NCBI RefSeq assembly: GCF_009914755.1 | Contig: NC_060929.1 | DNA from: the human T2T-CHM13v2.0 reference genome, Homo sapiens | Direction: 5' to 3' (one strand) | DNA: 64,000 nucleotides | In this document: piece after piece, positions 23,831 through 37,198 of the stretch | Layout: each line of letters begins with the position of its first letter | Position numbering within the stretch: the first letter of the stretch is position 1 | Notes under the pieces: model-generated | The model's input: only the letters and a program-made list of their open reading frames with translations | Databases searched by the model: none | Told to the model about the DNA's origin: nothing | Position numbers and translations under genes: made by a program

Positions 23831-24329
23831 TACTAAATGACCTCGAAGGTCTTTTGCAACTTTGAGATTCTAGTCTGAGATTCTAGTCCAAAATGATGAC
23901 AAAGAAATGTTCAATCCTTCTAATTTAGTTTATCTCTGTAATCACAAGGGGTGTTACTTCAAATAAGATAGAGAAGGTCATTGGGAATAGACACAGAGAG
24001 GACCAGAAAGCGTTCCATTCTTTGTGTTGCCTTCATAGTCAGCACACCTCATTAACTCACACTCTGATATTATATGAGTCTTCTCAAGTGGCCATTAAAT
24101 GACAAGCTGCACAGGCTGCCCTGGGATCTGCAGAGTACACAGTTCTTCAGAGGCAGAGAATGATACTCAGACCAGAGACTTTCACATTTGGGAAGGAACA
24201 TACAGGACAATATTCCATGCCAACACTTCAGTATGCGGAGCAAATCCTCCCCCTTTGCTCCCGATTCACATTTCCTACTCACAGCCCACATGCCTTGTAG
24301 CCTAATATGATAGCCAGGGTGTCTGCTCA

Positions 24330-24842
24330 GCATGTTTTATCCTTCCTCCTTCTGATTCTTTATAAGAATTTCTCTCCATCTCCTTGTCATACTAATGGAC
24401 TGTCACCATGGTGTTCTGTCCCCCACCCCCCGCCCCTGAGAATGACATATGACTTATGCTAGCCAATCAGAGTTTCCCATCCACCTTGGCCACAAGGATT
24501 TGCTCATCAGTGGAAATTAAACCCAAGACAGGCCAATCAGAGTATTCCCTGGAATTGGATAGGGAGATATTCAGAAGAAGAAGTGTTTATTCCATTGAGA
24601 TTGCTGAGCTAAGGAGAAAAGAGTGTGGGAATACCAGTGGCCATGATTGTCAAACATGAAGAAGCCATCTGCAAAATAAAGTCTTAGCTCTGACCGTATA
24701 GGAAAGCCCCTAATCCAGCCATACCTGAAGGCAGAGCCACCTCAGACCCCAGACTTCCCAGTTGCAAGAACCAACAAACTCTCTTTTTGCTTAAACTGGT
24801 TTCCACTAGGTTTCTGTAAAGTACAACTGAAAGGGTACCAAC
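24330..24842 (+). mobile_element. LTR16-like ERVL LTR
   Basis: gccaatcagag twice; ccagccatacctgaag...gacttcccagtt...ctttttgcttaaactggttt. Confidence 0.6.
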
Positions 24843-25369
24843 AAAGGCACTTTTTAAAAAGCATTATTTCCAGTTGGCAGTTGCCCTTATAATGACCTCT
24901 TATTTATCAACAGCCCAGCCATCTTTAGGCTTAAATATTCTTCCACCCTGCTACCTCTCATTCACTCCTGAAGTGATTTTATTCCCTCCTCTGAAGTCCT
25001 TGGCCCTTAGTTTAAAACATTCTTATAATTACAGGTCATTTGCTGTGAGTCAACATAATTTATTCATGTGCATTTCTTAGTGCCCTCTTTCAGATTATAA
25101 ACTCCTTGAAGATAGAAATCACGTGTCTATGGGGTATAATGTATTTGTTCCCCAACTGCAAGCCAAAGATCACTGTGGAGCCATGGAATTATTGCTGGAG
25201 CTTACAAATCCATGTGTGCTCCTAATTCAAATGCATAATGCCTGTCAAATGAATGTGTTTGAAAAAAGTTAATATGGCAGAAAGCTAACATGTAAGTATT
25301 ACTTAAATGTAATACTAATATACAGAGGATAACAAATATTTTTTATGTTAAAAAAGGAATCCTCAAATG

Positions 25370-26440
25370 ATCTAAATGTGGTTGCATGGTTGTATATATA
25401 TGTAAAACACTTTGAGCTGTATATTTAAGATTTATATACTTGACTCTATGCAAGTTATGCCACAATAAAAAGTAAAAAATAAAATAAAAATAAGAAGTCC
25501 TTATACTTGACAAGTCTAGTCAACCATCACTAGTACTGTTACAAGATCAATACCAATACACTAAAATTAATCCAGGATAGATCACTGACCTAAATAAACC
25601 AAAAGCTAAAATTACACAGCTTCTGCAAGAAAATGTAGGAGAATATCTTACAACCTCAAGGGAGGCAATGACTTCCCAGAACACTAAAATTTGTAAAAAT
25701 GGGCAAGAATTCTAACAGACACATCACATGTACAAATGGTTAATAAGCACATAAAAAGGAGCTTAACATCATTAGTCATGTTAAATGCAAATTAAAACCA
25801 CCTTTTTACAGCCTCCCAAATGGCTAAAATTCTGGTGAAAATGTAAAATGGCACAACAACTATGGAAAACTGATACAGTTTTATAAAAATTCAACATACA
25901 CCTACCTATGATCCAGCAATGCCTCTCCTAGATATTTCCCTGTGAACGATAAAAACATATATCTGCAAAAAGATTTATGCAAGAATGTTGCTGTCAGCTT
26001 GATTCAAAATAATCCAAAGCTGGAAACAACCCAAATGTTTATATATAGACAAATGGATAAACAATCTGTGATTATATTTACACAATGGCATACTATTCAG
26101 CAATAAAAAGGAACAAACTATTGACACATGCCAAAACATGAATGAATCTCAGAAACATGCTGAGTAAAAGAAATCACACATAAATGAGGGCATACTGTAT
26201 GATTCCATTTATATGGAATTCAAGAAGGCAAAACTAATCTATGTGGACAGAAATTATAACAGAGTTTGCCTTTGACTGGGGGAGGGGTGATTGATTGCAA
26301 AAGGTTGCAGCAAATTATCTAGAGTGATAGAAATATACCTTATCTTGATTAAACTGTTGTGGGCTATACATTTGTCAAAACTTATTGTATTTAAAATCTA
26401 TATGTTTCATTAATTGCAAATCATGCCCAATTTAAACATA
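25370..26440 (+). mobile_element. L1M (MC/ME-type) 3' fragments
   Basis: tatgatccagcaat, ctggaaacaacccaaatgt, catactgtatgattccatttatatg motifs. Confidence 0.85.
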
Positions 26441-27080
26441 TATGCGTGTATCCCCTTAAACAGAGTATGTGTGTATATACCTATTCCCTTAGATAGAATA
26501 GGCTTGCAAACAGAAGAACTAACTTGAGATCTCAGCTCTCCTGCTAACTCTGTGACCTCTGAGGCCAGTATCCTTATCAGTTCTATGGCTCCATCCTATC
26601 AGCCTTGCTTACCTCAAAGAGCTGTTTCAACTATGTAACACCTGTAAAAATTTTTGGTAAACCTTTAAGCGTCGTACAGCTCAAGAACCTCCTCTCCAAC
26701 TTATTTTGTGCAAGCATCTCCCTGGCCCTGATGTTCTAGCTGCACTGGCCTCCCTAAACTCACCATGTGCTTTCTAGCCTCTGGACCCTTCCTTGCAAAT
26801 GCTGTTTCTCCATCTCATTTGTACTTATCCCTGGTTTTCCACAAACAGCCCTCTCCCATCCTTGTAGTCTCAGCTGAAATGTTTTACCTTTAGATTACCT
26901 GTCCCCACCCCTTATTTATTTCCTTCATTCTACTTGTCACACTTTGTAAATATCTGTTTACTTGTCACAGACCCTTCCCACAGAATGATAAACTCCCAAA
27001 GCATAGCAAACATTAGCAAACAAGACTGTTTTATTCACTGGAGTATCCCCAGTTCTTAGCACATAGAAATTACCCAGTAA

Positions 27081-27388
<308 letters not shown>

Positions 27389-28773
27389 GAAATTACTCAG
27401 TAAATATTGATGAATAAATAATTGTGCCAACAAACATGAACTTTGGTTTATAAACTTTGTAACCTACTTGTGCTGATTTGGGACTTTCTGCTTGGAGCCA
27501 GGTCTTCCCTAGGGCATGGTGGGTGCCAAAAAATGACCCCAGGTTAAAGTTGGTGTCACTGTAGTGTGCTCACTCAGGAAAAGCTTTTTGTGTCAAGGGA
27601 CTCAGGAAAGGCTTAGGACATCCTGTGCTTTGGAAGACAGAGACACTTTCTAGTTATGGCTATACTTGATGGCCCATCTGTTGGGCTGTAAGCTGGGGGT
27701 TCTGTGTGCACCTCCAGGCTGGGAAGAATCTGAAGTACACACAGGCTAACTGTCTAACATGGGGGAATTGTCCTCCATCTCCAGGGCCCTCCTCATCCCA
27801 GGCCCAGCAGTGGGCCCAAGAGCGAGTAGAATGAATGCCCGTGTTCATATCATCTTATTCAGCTCCTTTCCCATCTCTCGGCCAGCCATGGGGCTTCTTA
27901 GCCCTAATCCCCTCCCTCTATCTCTTCCCAATAATCAGACCACCTTCTTTCTTGGGTTTTCCGGGTGTGGATGTGGCTGCCCTCACCCAGGCCATTTCTG
28001 TCCTTTGAGTTAGTCCCAGGTCCGGAGCCTGTCCTCTAGCCCAGGGCACCTGGGCATCACCCACAGCTCATCTGCCCGCGGGAGCTCTCTGAAACCTTCT
28101 GTTTACAGTGGAAAGTGTTTGCTGACCTGGATTGTTTTGGGTCTGTGACATCAGTGCTATGGGAAATGCTCCTTAGCCAGTAGCAAAGTCCACTTGAGGG
28201 TACACACTTAGAGAATGATCCGGGAAAGACTTAGGGACTCCGAGCTAGGTGAGAAGTCCACCCTTCCCTCCACCTACTTCCTCCATGGCCAAAATTCTGC
28301 CTTCCCTCTCTGCCTGGCTGTCTCTCTTGAAATCTGTATTCTTTTCAGCAGATAATGTCAATAAGCCCTTTATGTGAGTAGGATTTGGAGCTTCTCTGTT
28401 TCTCATCTGAAAATCTGCCCTGTGCCAGTGAGTTTGGGCCTCTGGCCCACACGTTAATTATTGTACCAGGATTCCTGGAGTCGACTGGGGACAGAGTGCC
28501 TCTTTGGTTAGAAGAGGGGTATTCTGGCAGTATTTCTTTTTTGAGGCATTAATCTAGCTTAGAGAGGCTGAGCAAGTGAAAATCGTTGTGTGTTCCTTTG
28601 ATATTTTTTCCTTTCCTGTTTGAATGCCACACTTAGCTGGGGTTTGGGAATCAAATGTTAATGAATCTCTTGGGGTTTCTTGAATTTAATTGTAATAGTC
28701 ATTTTTTCTGCCATTAGTACCAAGGAAAAAAGCCAATATTTTAGGGCACAGAATGGTAGAAAGGGGTCTACTT

Positions 28774-28834
28774 TGTGTGTGTGTGTGTATGCGTGGGCTG
28801 TGTGTGTGTGTGTATGTGTATGTGTGTGTGTGTG
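28774..28834. repeat. Interrupted (TG)n microsatellite
   Basis: Directly visible. Confidence 0.95.
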
Positions 28835-28859
28835 CGCCTATAGAGAAAAGAAAGCTTAC

Positions 28860-29015
28860 TGAACTAGGAGTCAGAACACCTGTGTTGAAGTTTGGGCACA
28901 TTCCCCAATTCCCCAAGCCTCAGTTTGCTCATCTATAAAATAGCCGGAGTGATCCTTGCCTCACCTGATTCGTGGTTGGTGATGATCAAATGAGGCAATG
29001 AATGAGAAAGCCTTT
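28860..29015 (+). mobile_element. MIR
   Basis: aagcctcagtttgctcatctataaaat...gatcaaatgaggcaatgaatgagaaagc. Confidence 0.75.
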
Positions 29016-30304
29016 GCGTTAGCCTCTGTTTTGCTGGTTATTAAACAGATGCCTTCCTCCCTTGACTGTTCTTTGAGAATAAAGCCAGAAAAGATTTGAA
29101 TTGCTTTTTTTATTACTTTTGGTTGCTGGCTGTGTTTCTTTCAATCATTAAAATTTAATACAACTCGACACAGAAATTGAGCACAAGACAAACACAGCTT
29201 TATTGGGGTTATAGGTAAATGGGGCAAGGTAAAAAGACTCAGTTCATTGTGGGTCTAGTGTCCTCATATACAATTGTCTTAATTTCAAAATATTTCATCC
29301 CACTGTTAGGCCATGCATCCCTTCATGTGTTTCAGTATCTCATTCCAAAAGCATAGTCTCTACAACTAAATGATGATCAAAAGAGACACAGAATAGTGAC
29401 CATAGGATAGAGGCTTTGCTTCTTCTCTTTGTGTCTGGAAGGGCGTGAGCAATCCAGACCAGAAAGAAAGAAACCTTTCATCATGCCCGTCAGAGCAGGT
29501 GACTCATTTTGGCCGACAGACCCACAATTTCACCTTTCAGTTCCTTTTACAACTCCCAGATGAATGGTGCTGTCACCAGGATTCATCAGTATCTAGATTG
29601 GGAAGAACATCCTGCGTGCCCCTCCGTAGGCCTCATTTTTTTGCCAGTCCCCTCACTCAATGCTTTTGACACTTTTCAGCTGCTGCTTAGACAGTTTCTC
29701 CTGATGGCTAACCTGACCAGGGCAGTGGGGCATGAGCAGGCAGGACTTCTGCCTGCTGAAAGCCACCTGCCTCAAAATGTGTTTTCTAGGACGCGTAACC
29801 CAGCTGAACAGGAAGCATCTCTGGCGTGTCTGTTTTGGAGTGGGAATCTCCCAGTGTGGAGAGGGAGCAGGATGCATTGGAAAAGAAAGGAGGCCAGTGA
29901 GGCTGCTTTCTCCTGCCAGAGGGGAGCAGGGTCTGCGACAGGCTGGGCAGGCCAACAGGGGCCAGAACACACAGGGCCTTGTGGACCATGGCCAGGAGTC
30001 TGGCTTTATCCCAAGGGTGGAGTGAAGTCATTGAATGGTTTTAAGTTGCCACTGGAGGTGGTGGGAGTCCGGGTTAAGCATCATCAGATTGCATTTTGAA
30101 TGTATCCCCCTGGCTACTGTGTGTAGAATGAGTGAGGAAAGGAGACCACTCCTTACAACATGTTGGGATCCTCTAAGCAGCAGATGATGGGGCTGGGACT
30201 TGGGAAGATAGGGCAGGGCACCTTCTACTCCAGGGCCATTGCATGGTCCTGATTCCCTGACAGCTTTTATATCCTTTATGCTATTTAAAATAATTATTTA
30301 CAGT

Positions 30305-30708
30305 CTATCTTAGTTAGCTAGAGCTGCCATAACAAAATACCACACACGGGGTGGCTTAAACAATAGGAATTTATTTTCTCACAGTTCTGGGTTCTAGAAG
30401 TCCAAGATCAAGGTATGGGCAAGGTTGGTTTCTTCTGAGTCCTCTCTCCTTGGCACATAGGTGGGCATCTTCCCCCTGTGAGTTCCCGTGGCTGTCCCTC
30501 TGTGCTTGCCTGTGTCCCATCCCCTCTTATAAGGACACCAGTCATATTGGATTAGAGCCTATCCTAATGACCTCAGTTTGACTTAATTTTCTCTTTAAAA
30601 ACCCTATTGCCAAATAAAGTCATATTCTGAGGTACTGAGGGTAGGGACTTCATCATGTGAATTTGGGGGGTGAGAGAGACAGGGACAGGAGGACCCAATT
30701 CAGCCAAC
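30305..30708 (-). mobile_element. MLT1 (A/B-like) MaLR solo LTR
   Basis: gctgccataacaaaataccaca...aagtccaagatcaagg...cttataaggacaccagtcatattggattag. Confidence 0.88.
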
Positions 30709-31376
30709 ATGGAGTCCCTCCTCACATTTTCTCTTCCCCTAATTTCAAGTCTGTGCTTATCCATCACTGTCTGGAGGTGTCTCTGCTTCCTTTGTTGCTG
30801 CTTTTAGGGAAGATGGTTTTTCCCCAGGTGAGCCCTTCTTGTTAGTCACACAACAAGTCAACATTTTGTATTTCCAACATACTTTTTTATTGGATTTCCT
30901 ATAAAGGGTATTTAGATAGTCTTTAATATTTCTATTATTTTTTATTGCCCACCCCCCTAAAGCATGGTAACCATGTTATATGTAGTAAAAGTTGCATAAC
31001 CATTTGACGGGTTTCATTTGGGTTTTGTTCTTCCACCAGAATGGTGGGCCTGACTGTGTTGTGATTTCCATTACAGCGTTGTTTAGCCACAGAAATCTCC
31101 TGTGCTGGTTGTTTCGTGGGAACGAGTGTGTTGCATTTGCCTTCCTTGCGGGCTCAAGAATACCTGTTGTGAGAAACAGCTGTCACATTTATGCTGACCA
31201 AAAACTTAACTCCTCAGCTCACCCCATAGGTGTGTCCAAATGTTTGTTGAGTGCCCACAAGAATACTCCAGGGTACAGAGAACTGAGTAGCATCCCTCCT
31301 CAAGTAATTTGAAGTCTGATAAAGATATAAAACAAATGAAAAAGTAGGTACATTATAGGTAAACTATGCTGTAGGT

Positions 31377-31581
31377 CAGTGGTTCTCAAAGTATAGTCTC
31401 CAGACCCACAGGATGAACATCATCTAGGAACTTGCTGGAAATGCACAGTTTCAGTCCTTACCCTGGACCCCCTGAGTCAAAAACCCTGGGTCATGTGTTA
31501 TAACAAGACATCCAAGGATTCTGATGCATACTCGTTTGAGAATGCATCAGGATTGAGAATGCATCCGTTTGAGAACCACTG
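31377..31581. mobile_element. MER5A
   Basis: Intact terminal inverted repeats CAGTGGTTCTCAAA ... TTTGAGAACCACTG. Confidence 0.9.
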
Positions 31582-33634
31582 CTTACCCATAAGAAGCGCA
31601 TGACATGAGATTTTTAAAGAAAGCTCATATTTGGAGAGGGAGGAGGGGAGAAGCAGGAAGTATTTCTAGAAGTATGTTGCATATGAGATAGGCCTTGAGG
31701 AGTGGGTAGGATTTTTATATTTATATGTAGATGATCATATTTACTGTAATTGCCATCTGTATGTTTATGTATTTCTTTTACAAAAGTAATTAACAGCCTG
31801 GACTCTAACTTGAAAGATCTGCTAGCTGTCCCTTTCTTGCATTTTAACTGGCTCACTGTGAATCGAGGCTTCCATCAACATATGCTCAGTTGTAGAACTG
31901 GTAATTATGGTTGGAGGCTTTTTGTTGGAGGACACATTTCATTCCAAACATAGTTTCTGAACATAGCTTGAATTGAAAGTAGAGATTCTACCTCTATATA
32001 CTTAAGACAAAATCAATTCAAAGCATCCTTGAATCTCACAGTGGGAAGGGGCCTTCAAGGTCATCTAGTCTAATAACCCAGGCAAATAACCTCTGAGCAG
32101 GCTTTGTAAAATAGGTATAATCAGTTCTTCTCTAGCCCACTGAATGATTCTGTACACTTCTCTAGCCCATTGAATGATTCTGTAGCAAGAGTGGATAAAC
32201 TGTGGCTCAAGGGTCAATTCTGACACACTACCTGTCTTTGTATATAAATTTTTATTGGAACACATTTTTGGGAATACATTTATGCATTGAATTGAATACA
32301 TTTATGTATACATTTTATTGGAATACATTTATGTATTGTTTTTGGTTGTTCTTGCACTATAATAGTGCAAACCTTTAATCTCCTCTTTAAGACTTTGTAT
32401 TAGTAAGAACTCTTAGAGTACAAGTAACCAAAACCCAGTTCCAACTAGCTCAAGTGAAACAGGAATCTATTGGCTCCTAAGCCTTTGAAGTCAAAAGAAG
32501 ATCTCCCTGAAGTAGCTGTTCACTTGATATCATGCATGTGGTTCCAAATGGATTGTCTTTTGTATGTACGCTGCCCTAGTCATGTCTACTGCACCTCCTG
32601 GAAAGACCTTTCTCCCTGCTCACTCATTCTGATTACTTCTCCTCCCTTCACTACTCATGTTTATTTCATTCCATTCCATCCACTCCTCTAAGTGCAGATC
32701 TTTCTTCTGCTGTGGTGGCACCAGCAGCTGTCCTGTGAACACTAGGCTGAGAGTCACAAGTACCGGGTGCTAGTCCTGACTATGCTATTGAATAACAAAA
32801 ATATGAGATATGATGTTAAGATACTTTGAAAATCAAAAACCCCTCAAAGGGTTGCTTTTATTTGCTTAGAATCTAAGCATATTTAACCTGGCAATGGCAC
32901 CAAAGTTTATTTTGTCCTCATGGCCTGGGTGAGAAAATGATCCATAAATGTGTTTTAGTTGGCTCACATAGTATTCTTTTCGTTTATTTTTTAAATATTT
33001 GAGCCAAGATATAAAAACTGGGAGTTTTACTTTAAAATCCATATTTCTGGTTTCACTGAGCCCATGTCCCCACCTGGTAGGAATCAGATGGAACTGAGTA
33101 GGGGCTGTGCCTGTTTAGTCACAATCTCCCACTCCCTTTGTCTTATCCCAACTGATGTCACTTACTTGCATGACCTACCCTTGAGCACTTAGTCAGTGCT
33201 CCCTGACTTAATACAGTCATGCATCTGACTCTCAAAGGTCTGATTCCCATCTGTCTTGGCATAGTGATCATGCAGCCTCTGCCAGCTTCCCACATGGAGA
33301 AAGCTCACTACCTAGAGAAGCAGTTATTTCATCCCTGGGCAGCTCTGGCCATTGGGAAATTTTCTCCTGTATGTTCCATCCTCTTCAGCATTCCAAAATG
33401 GGTAAGTGACTTGCCCCAAGTCTCCCAGTATGTTAGAGAATTAGAAGTCTCAGTATGGCTCACCAAGCTAGTGGTCTTTTTACCCCACCTGATGGAAGTA
33501 TGTTCTTTCCCACCTTTCTTCCTCACTCTTTAACCCCCAGTCTAATTTAGAGACAAAGAGTACATTTAAGAAGTCATTTGACATCAGGTTTAGTTTTTAC
33601 TGAACTCTTTGCCTTTGCAAACATTCTAAAGAAT

Positions 33635-33855
33635 AAAAGTTGGCAAACTTTCTCTGTAAAGGACCACATGGTGAGTATCTTAGACTTTGCAGGCATGTGG
33701 TCTCTGTTGCAACTACTCAACTCCACTATTGTAGCCTGAAAGCAATCATAGATAATATGTAAATGAGTAAGCAAGACTGTGTTCCAATAAAACTTTATTT
33801 ACAAAGACAGTTAGTGGGACAGAATTGTCCCTGAGCCATAGTTTGCTTATTCTTG
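33635..33855. mobile_element. MER58A
   Basis: gttggcaaactttctctgtaaagg...caactactcaactc...gttccaataaaactttatttacaaa. Confidence 0.88.
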
Positions 33856-34034
33856 CTGTGGAGCCATTCAGTGGGCCAGCAGAAGAGGTGTTTGTCTATG
33901 TGGGGTGTCCTGATGCCACCCATCTTTCAAGAGCCAGCTGAGATGGAGCATTTACAAGCAACTTGCTCTGATTCCTCTTCAAGGTGTTATGTCTGTAGCA
34001 TCAGGATTTCTAGAGTACAACAGCTTTTGAAGAT

Positions 34035-34365
34035 GTTCCAGGAATCCCTGAAAGTCCCTGAGACCCCTTGAGGAGTCCACAAGATAATACTATTTGCATA
34101 ATAATTCTAAGAAGTTATTTGCCTCTGTCATTCTCATTGTTTTACTACAGTGGAGTTTTTTAGAGGTGATGTGTGATGCAGCCATCACCCTGATGGCTGT
34201 TGGAATCTGTGCTTGTGTATTTTTGTTTTTAAAAAATATCTGATATGATTTCTAATATGATAAATATTTATAGATGTAACCCATCTAAACAGAAGCTCTT
34301 TAGAGTTTGCAATAAAACTTAAGAGTACAGAGGAGTGCTGACACCAAAAAGTTTCAGAACTGCTA
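34035..34365. mobile_element. hAT-Charlie-type relic
   Basis: gtccctgagacccctt...aaacagaagctcttt...caccaaaaagtttcagaactgct. Confidence 0.6.
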
Positions 34366-34825
34366 ACATTGCAGTATCCTGACTATGCTTTTCTTACCCT
34401 ACAAGACACTTCTCATCTTGTGGTATAGATTTTTCAGATGGTCTCAACAAGGATGTCATTTTCTTACAGACAAGAGCTATACTAATCATTGTGTTTTTTA
34501 ATTGCACATGAATTGTACAAAGTAAATTATTTTTTAAATGTTTCTTGTAAACCACAGTGTGCTAGGTATTATGCTCAGAATTAGGACTAGAGAGATAAGC
34601 TCAAGAGATACCGTCCCTGCCCTCATCAAGCTTAGAGCCCAATGGAGGAAATAAACATTAAGCAAATAAGCACAACTAATGATACAAACACATCCTTGAT
34701 TGCAGTGCAATCAACAGAGAGTACCCAGGACTATGGGAACCAATGAAAGTAGGGTTTATACTCCTGAGGGAAGTCAGAGAAGGGCCTTTGACCTGAGATC
34801 TGTGGGATGGAGGGGATCCATGGAA

Positions 34826-35075
34826 AGTAGGATTTCTCAGCTTAGCACTGTGAATTTTAGACTAGATAATTCTGCATTAAGGGGAGAAGGAAGAACTGTC
34901 TTGTGCATTGTAGAATGTTTGGCAGCCTCCCCAGCCTCTACCCACTAGATGCCTATAGCACACGCACACATACACACACACCATTTGTGACAACCAAAAA
35001 TGTCTTCAGGCATTGTCAAATGACTGCTGGGCAAGAGATAGGGGTCAGGGAATTGTCCCCAATAGAGAACTGGTG
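34826..35075 (-). mobile_element. MER20 inserted in an L2 (about 34550-35270)
   Basis: tacccactagatgcc...gtgacaaccaaaaatgtcttcaggcattgtcaaatg. Confidence 0.85.
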
Positions 35076-35759
35076 AACTAGAGAAGAGATGCGGTAGAAG
35101 GCTACTGTGGTAGCCCAGGTGAAAGATGCCTGTTGCTGGGCTATGGCTGGAAGAGATGAAGACAGTAGGCTGAGCTCAAGCGCTCTGTAAGGGACTGGTC
35201 TATATGGCTTGGTAATGAGTAGGCCAGGAAGGGGAATATGAGGGGCCAATGATGAATCTTAATTTGTCATGTTGAAGGACTGACTTTGGTTTGCACAAGT
35301 GACACCATCACATGCTGGCTCTGAAATCTGAAGGGACAGGGCTCGGAAGACACGACGGAGTGAGGAAAAACACCTTTGCCCATCTGCCCATCTCTCTGCC
35401 AGCATAGCCACCTGTGTTGTTCATCTCTGCCTGATGGGAGATGGCTTTAATAACAGACCAAAAACAGCTCTTCCTAAAAGGAACAACAACTTTAGAAAAG
35501 AAAAACCATCTGCCAGGGCTGAGTGCATAAAGTATGTGTTTAATCTAGCTGTATTGGGACATTTTTTCAATGCCAGTTGACTTTTTTAAACATTTGTGAA
35601 AGTTGGCAAACACATCAGAGAAAATATACTTTGTAATATTTGAAGGATATTGGCACATGATATGGTGACAGCGCTTTTGATACACATTAGTATCAGATAT
35701 CAAGATTTCTAAAATTCTGTCAGTGCTGAAGACTGTGTGAAGATCTTCTTTCTAGTCTA

Positions 35760-35930
35760 GCCCAAGATTTCTTGACCTTTAGTGAGAAAAAGAATCTCCA
35801 GAGGAGCTTGTTTAAAATGTAAAGCCCAATTCAGTAAGTCTGGGGTGGGGCCCAGGAATCTGTATTTTGACAATCCCGCTCCCCACCCCGGTGATTCTGA
35901 AGCAGGTGATACCACTTTGAGAAACACTCA
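35760..35930. mobile_element. MER5A-like
   Basis: tctggggtgggcccaggaatctgtattttgacaa...ccactttgagaaacact. Confidence 0.75.
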
Positions 35931-36079
35931 TAGAGTAAAAGCACCTTGAAGGAATCTGTTCCAGTTCCTTCCCACCACTGACTTTGCTGTAGGACCCCCC
36001 CACCCCCCGTCTCACCCTAACTCTCCTTGGCTAATTTGTTCATATCCAGAGCTGGTCCAGAAAGCTTTCCTAACTGCGT

Positions 36080-36620
36080 AGACGCTAGAATGTTTGCAGC
36101 GACAAGCGACAGCCCCCAGCTAAAACTGGCTTGAACAATCTAAACACATTTATTTGACGTAACAGGAAACCCAGAGAGGGCCAGTTCCAAGGTAGGCTAA
36201 TTCAGAGACTCAGCAACACCATCAAGACCCAGATTCCTTCCATCTTAAGGGGATCTCCCCTCAGAATCTATCATGGACTCCAGGGCTGCAGTTCCAGCAT
36301 CACATGTGGATAACAACCTCCATCCAAGAAAACCTTCCCAGGACCCTCTCCCACACCAGGGGACCTCCCTGGTGTCTCATTAGTCAGGAGTATTTCACAT
36401 GTCTTTGCTTAAATTAAATCATTAGCAAAGGAACGAGATTACTGGGATCAATTTTCACCAAACAAGATTCCCTCCCCAAGTCAGGAAAGGTCACAACCTT
36501 TCTCAAAAGACATGGCTGCTCAGGGGAGAGTAAACAAAAATTGGTTCCTCCAGTAAAGAGAGAGTCTGTTCACAGAAGAAGGAGTGGCTGCTGAGAAGCA
36601 ACTGTGTCTGCCACAATACT
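36080..36620 (-). mobile_element. Old MLT1 LTR
   Basis: gcaagcgacag...aaaactggcttgaacaa...catcaagacccagattccttccatct. Confidence 0.55.
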
Positions 36621-36884
36621 CCTCTTCCTCTCCCACCATTCCCCCACTGGAGGGTGAGTCACATGAGAGCAGGGGCCATGTTCACCTGGTTCACCATTCT
36701 ATCTTCCACAAGATGCTATGGCTCATGTTAGATACAGGAGGTGTATCAGCATGAAGTGGTCCTGAAATGTTTGTTTAATTTAAATTAATGGAAGATTGTG
36801 ATTTTGATGGAGAACTGTGAGTAATTAGGACATAAATTAGTTTATTCCAAGTGAAAAAATCCTAACTCAAACTAGCTCCTATCT

Positions 36885-37043
36885 CTTTTTTTAACTTTTA
36901 TATTAAGTTCAGGGGTACTTGTGCAGGTTTGTTATATATGTAAATTTGCGTCATGGGGGTTCGTTGTACAGATTATTTCCTCACCCAAGTATTAAGCCTA
37001 CTACCCACTAGTTATTTTTCCTGATCCTTCCTCCCACCCTCCA
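36885..37043 (-). mobile_element. Short L1PA 3' end inside an old MLT1-like element (about 36820-37520)
   Basis: aacttttatattaagttcaggggtacttgtgcaggtttgttat...tacagattatttcctcacccaagtattaagc. Confidence 0.85.
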
Positions 37044-37133
37044 GTGTACTATATTGGTTTGTATATTGGGAAGCACAGTGGCTTCAGATCCAGGAAGATC
37101 CACAGACTTAAATGATGCATTCATTCAGGGTTC

Positions 37134-37137
<4 letters not shown>

Positions 37138-37169
<32 letters not shown>

Positions 37170-37198
37170 TCTCTCCTTCTCCCTCTCTCTCTCTCTCT
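37138..37198. repeat. (CT)n microsatellite
   Basis: Directly visible. Confidence 0.95.

Noticed and set aside
29509-30099. Longest ORF in the track (196 aa)
   Set aside because: No recognisable domain, non-ATG start, overlapping ORFs in several frames, 3' part L2-like; chance intronic ORF
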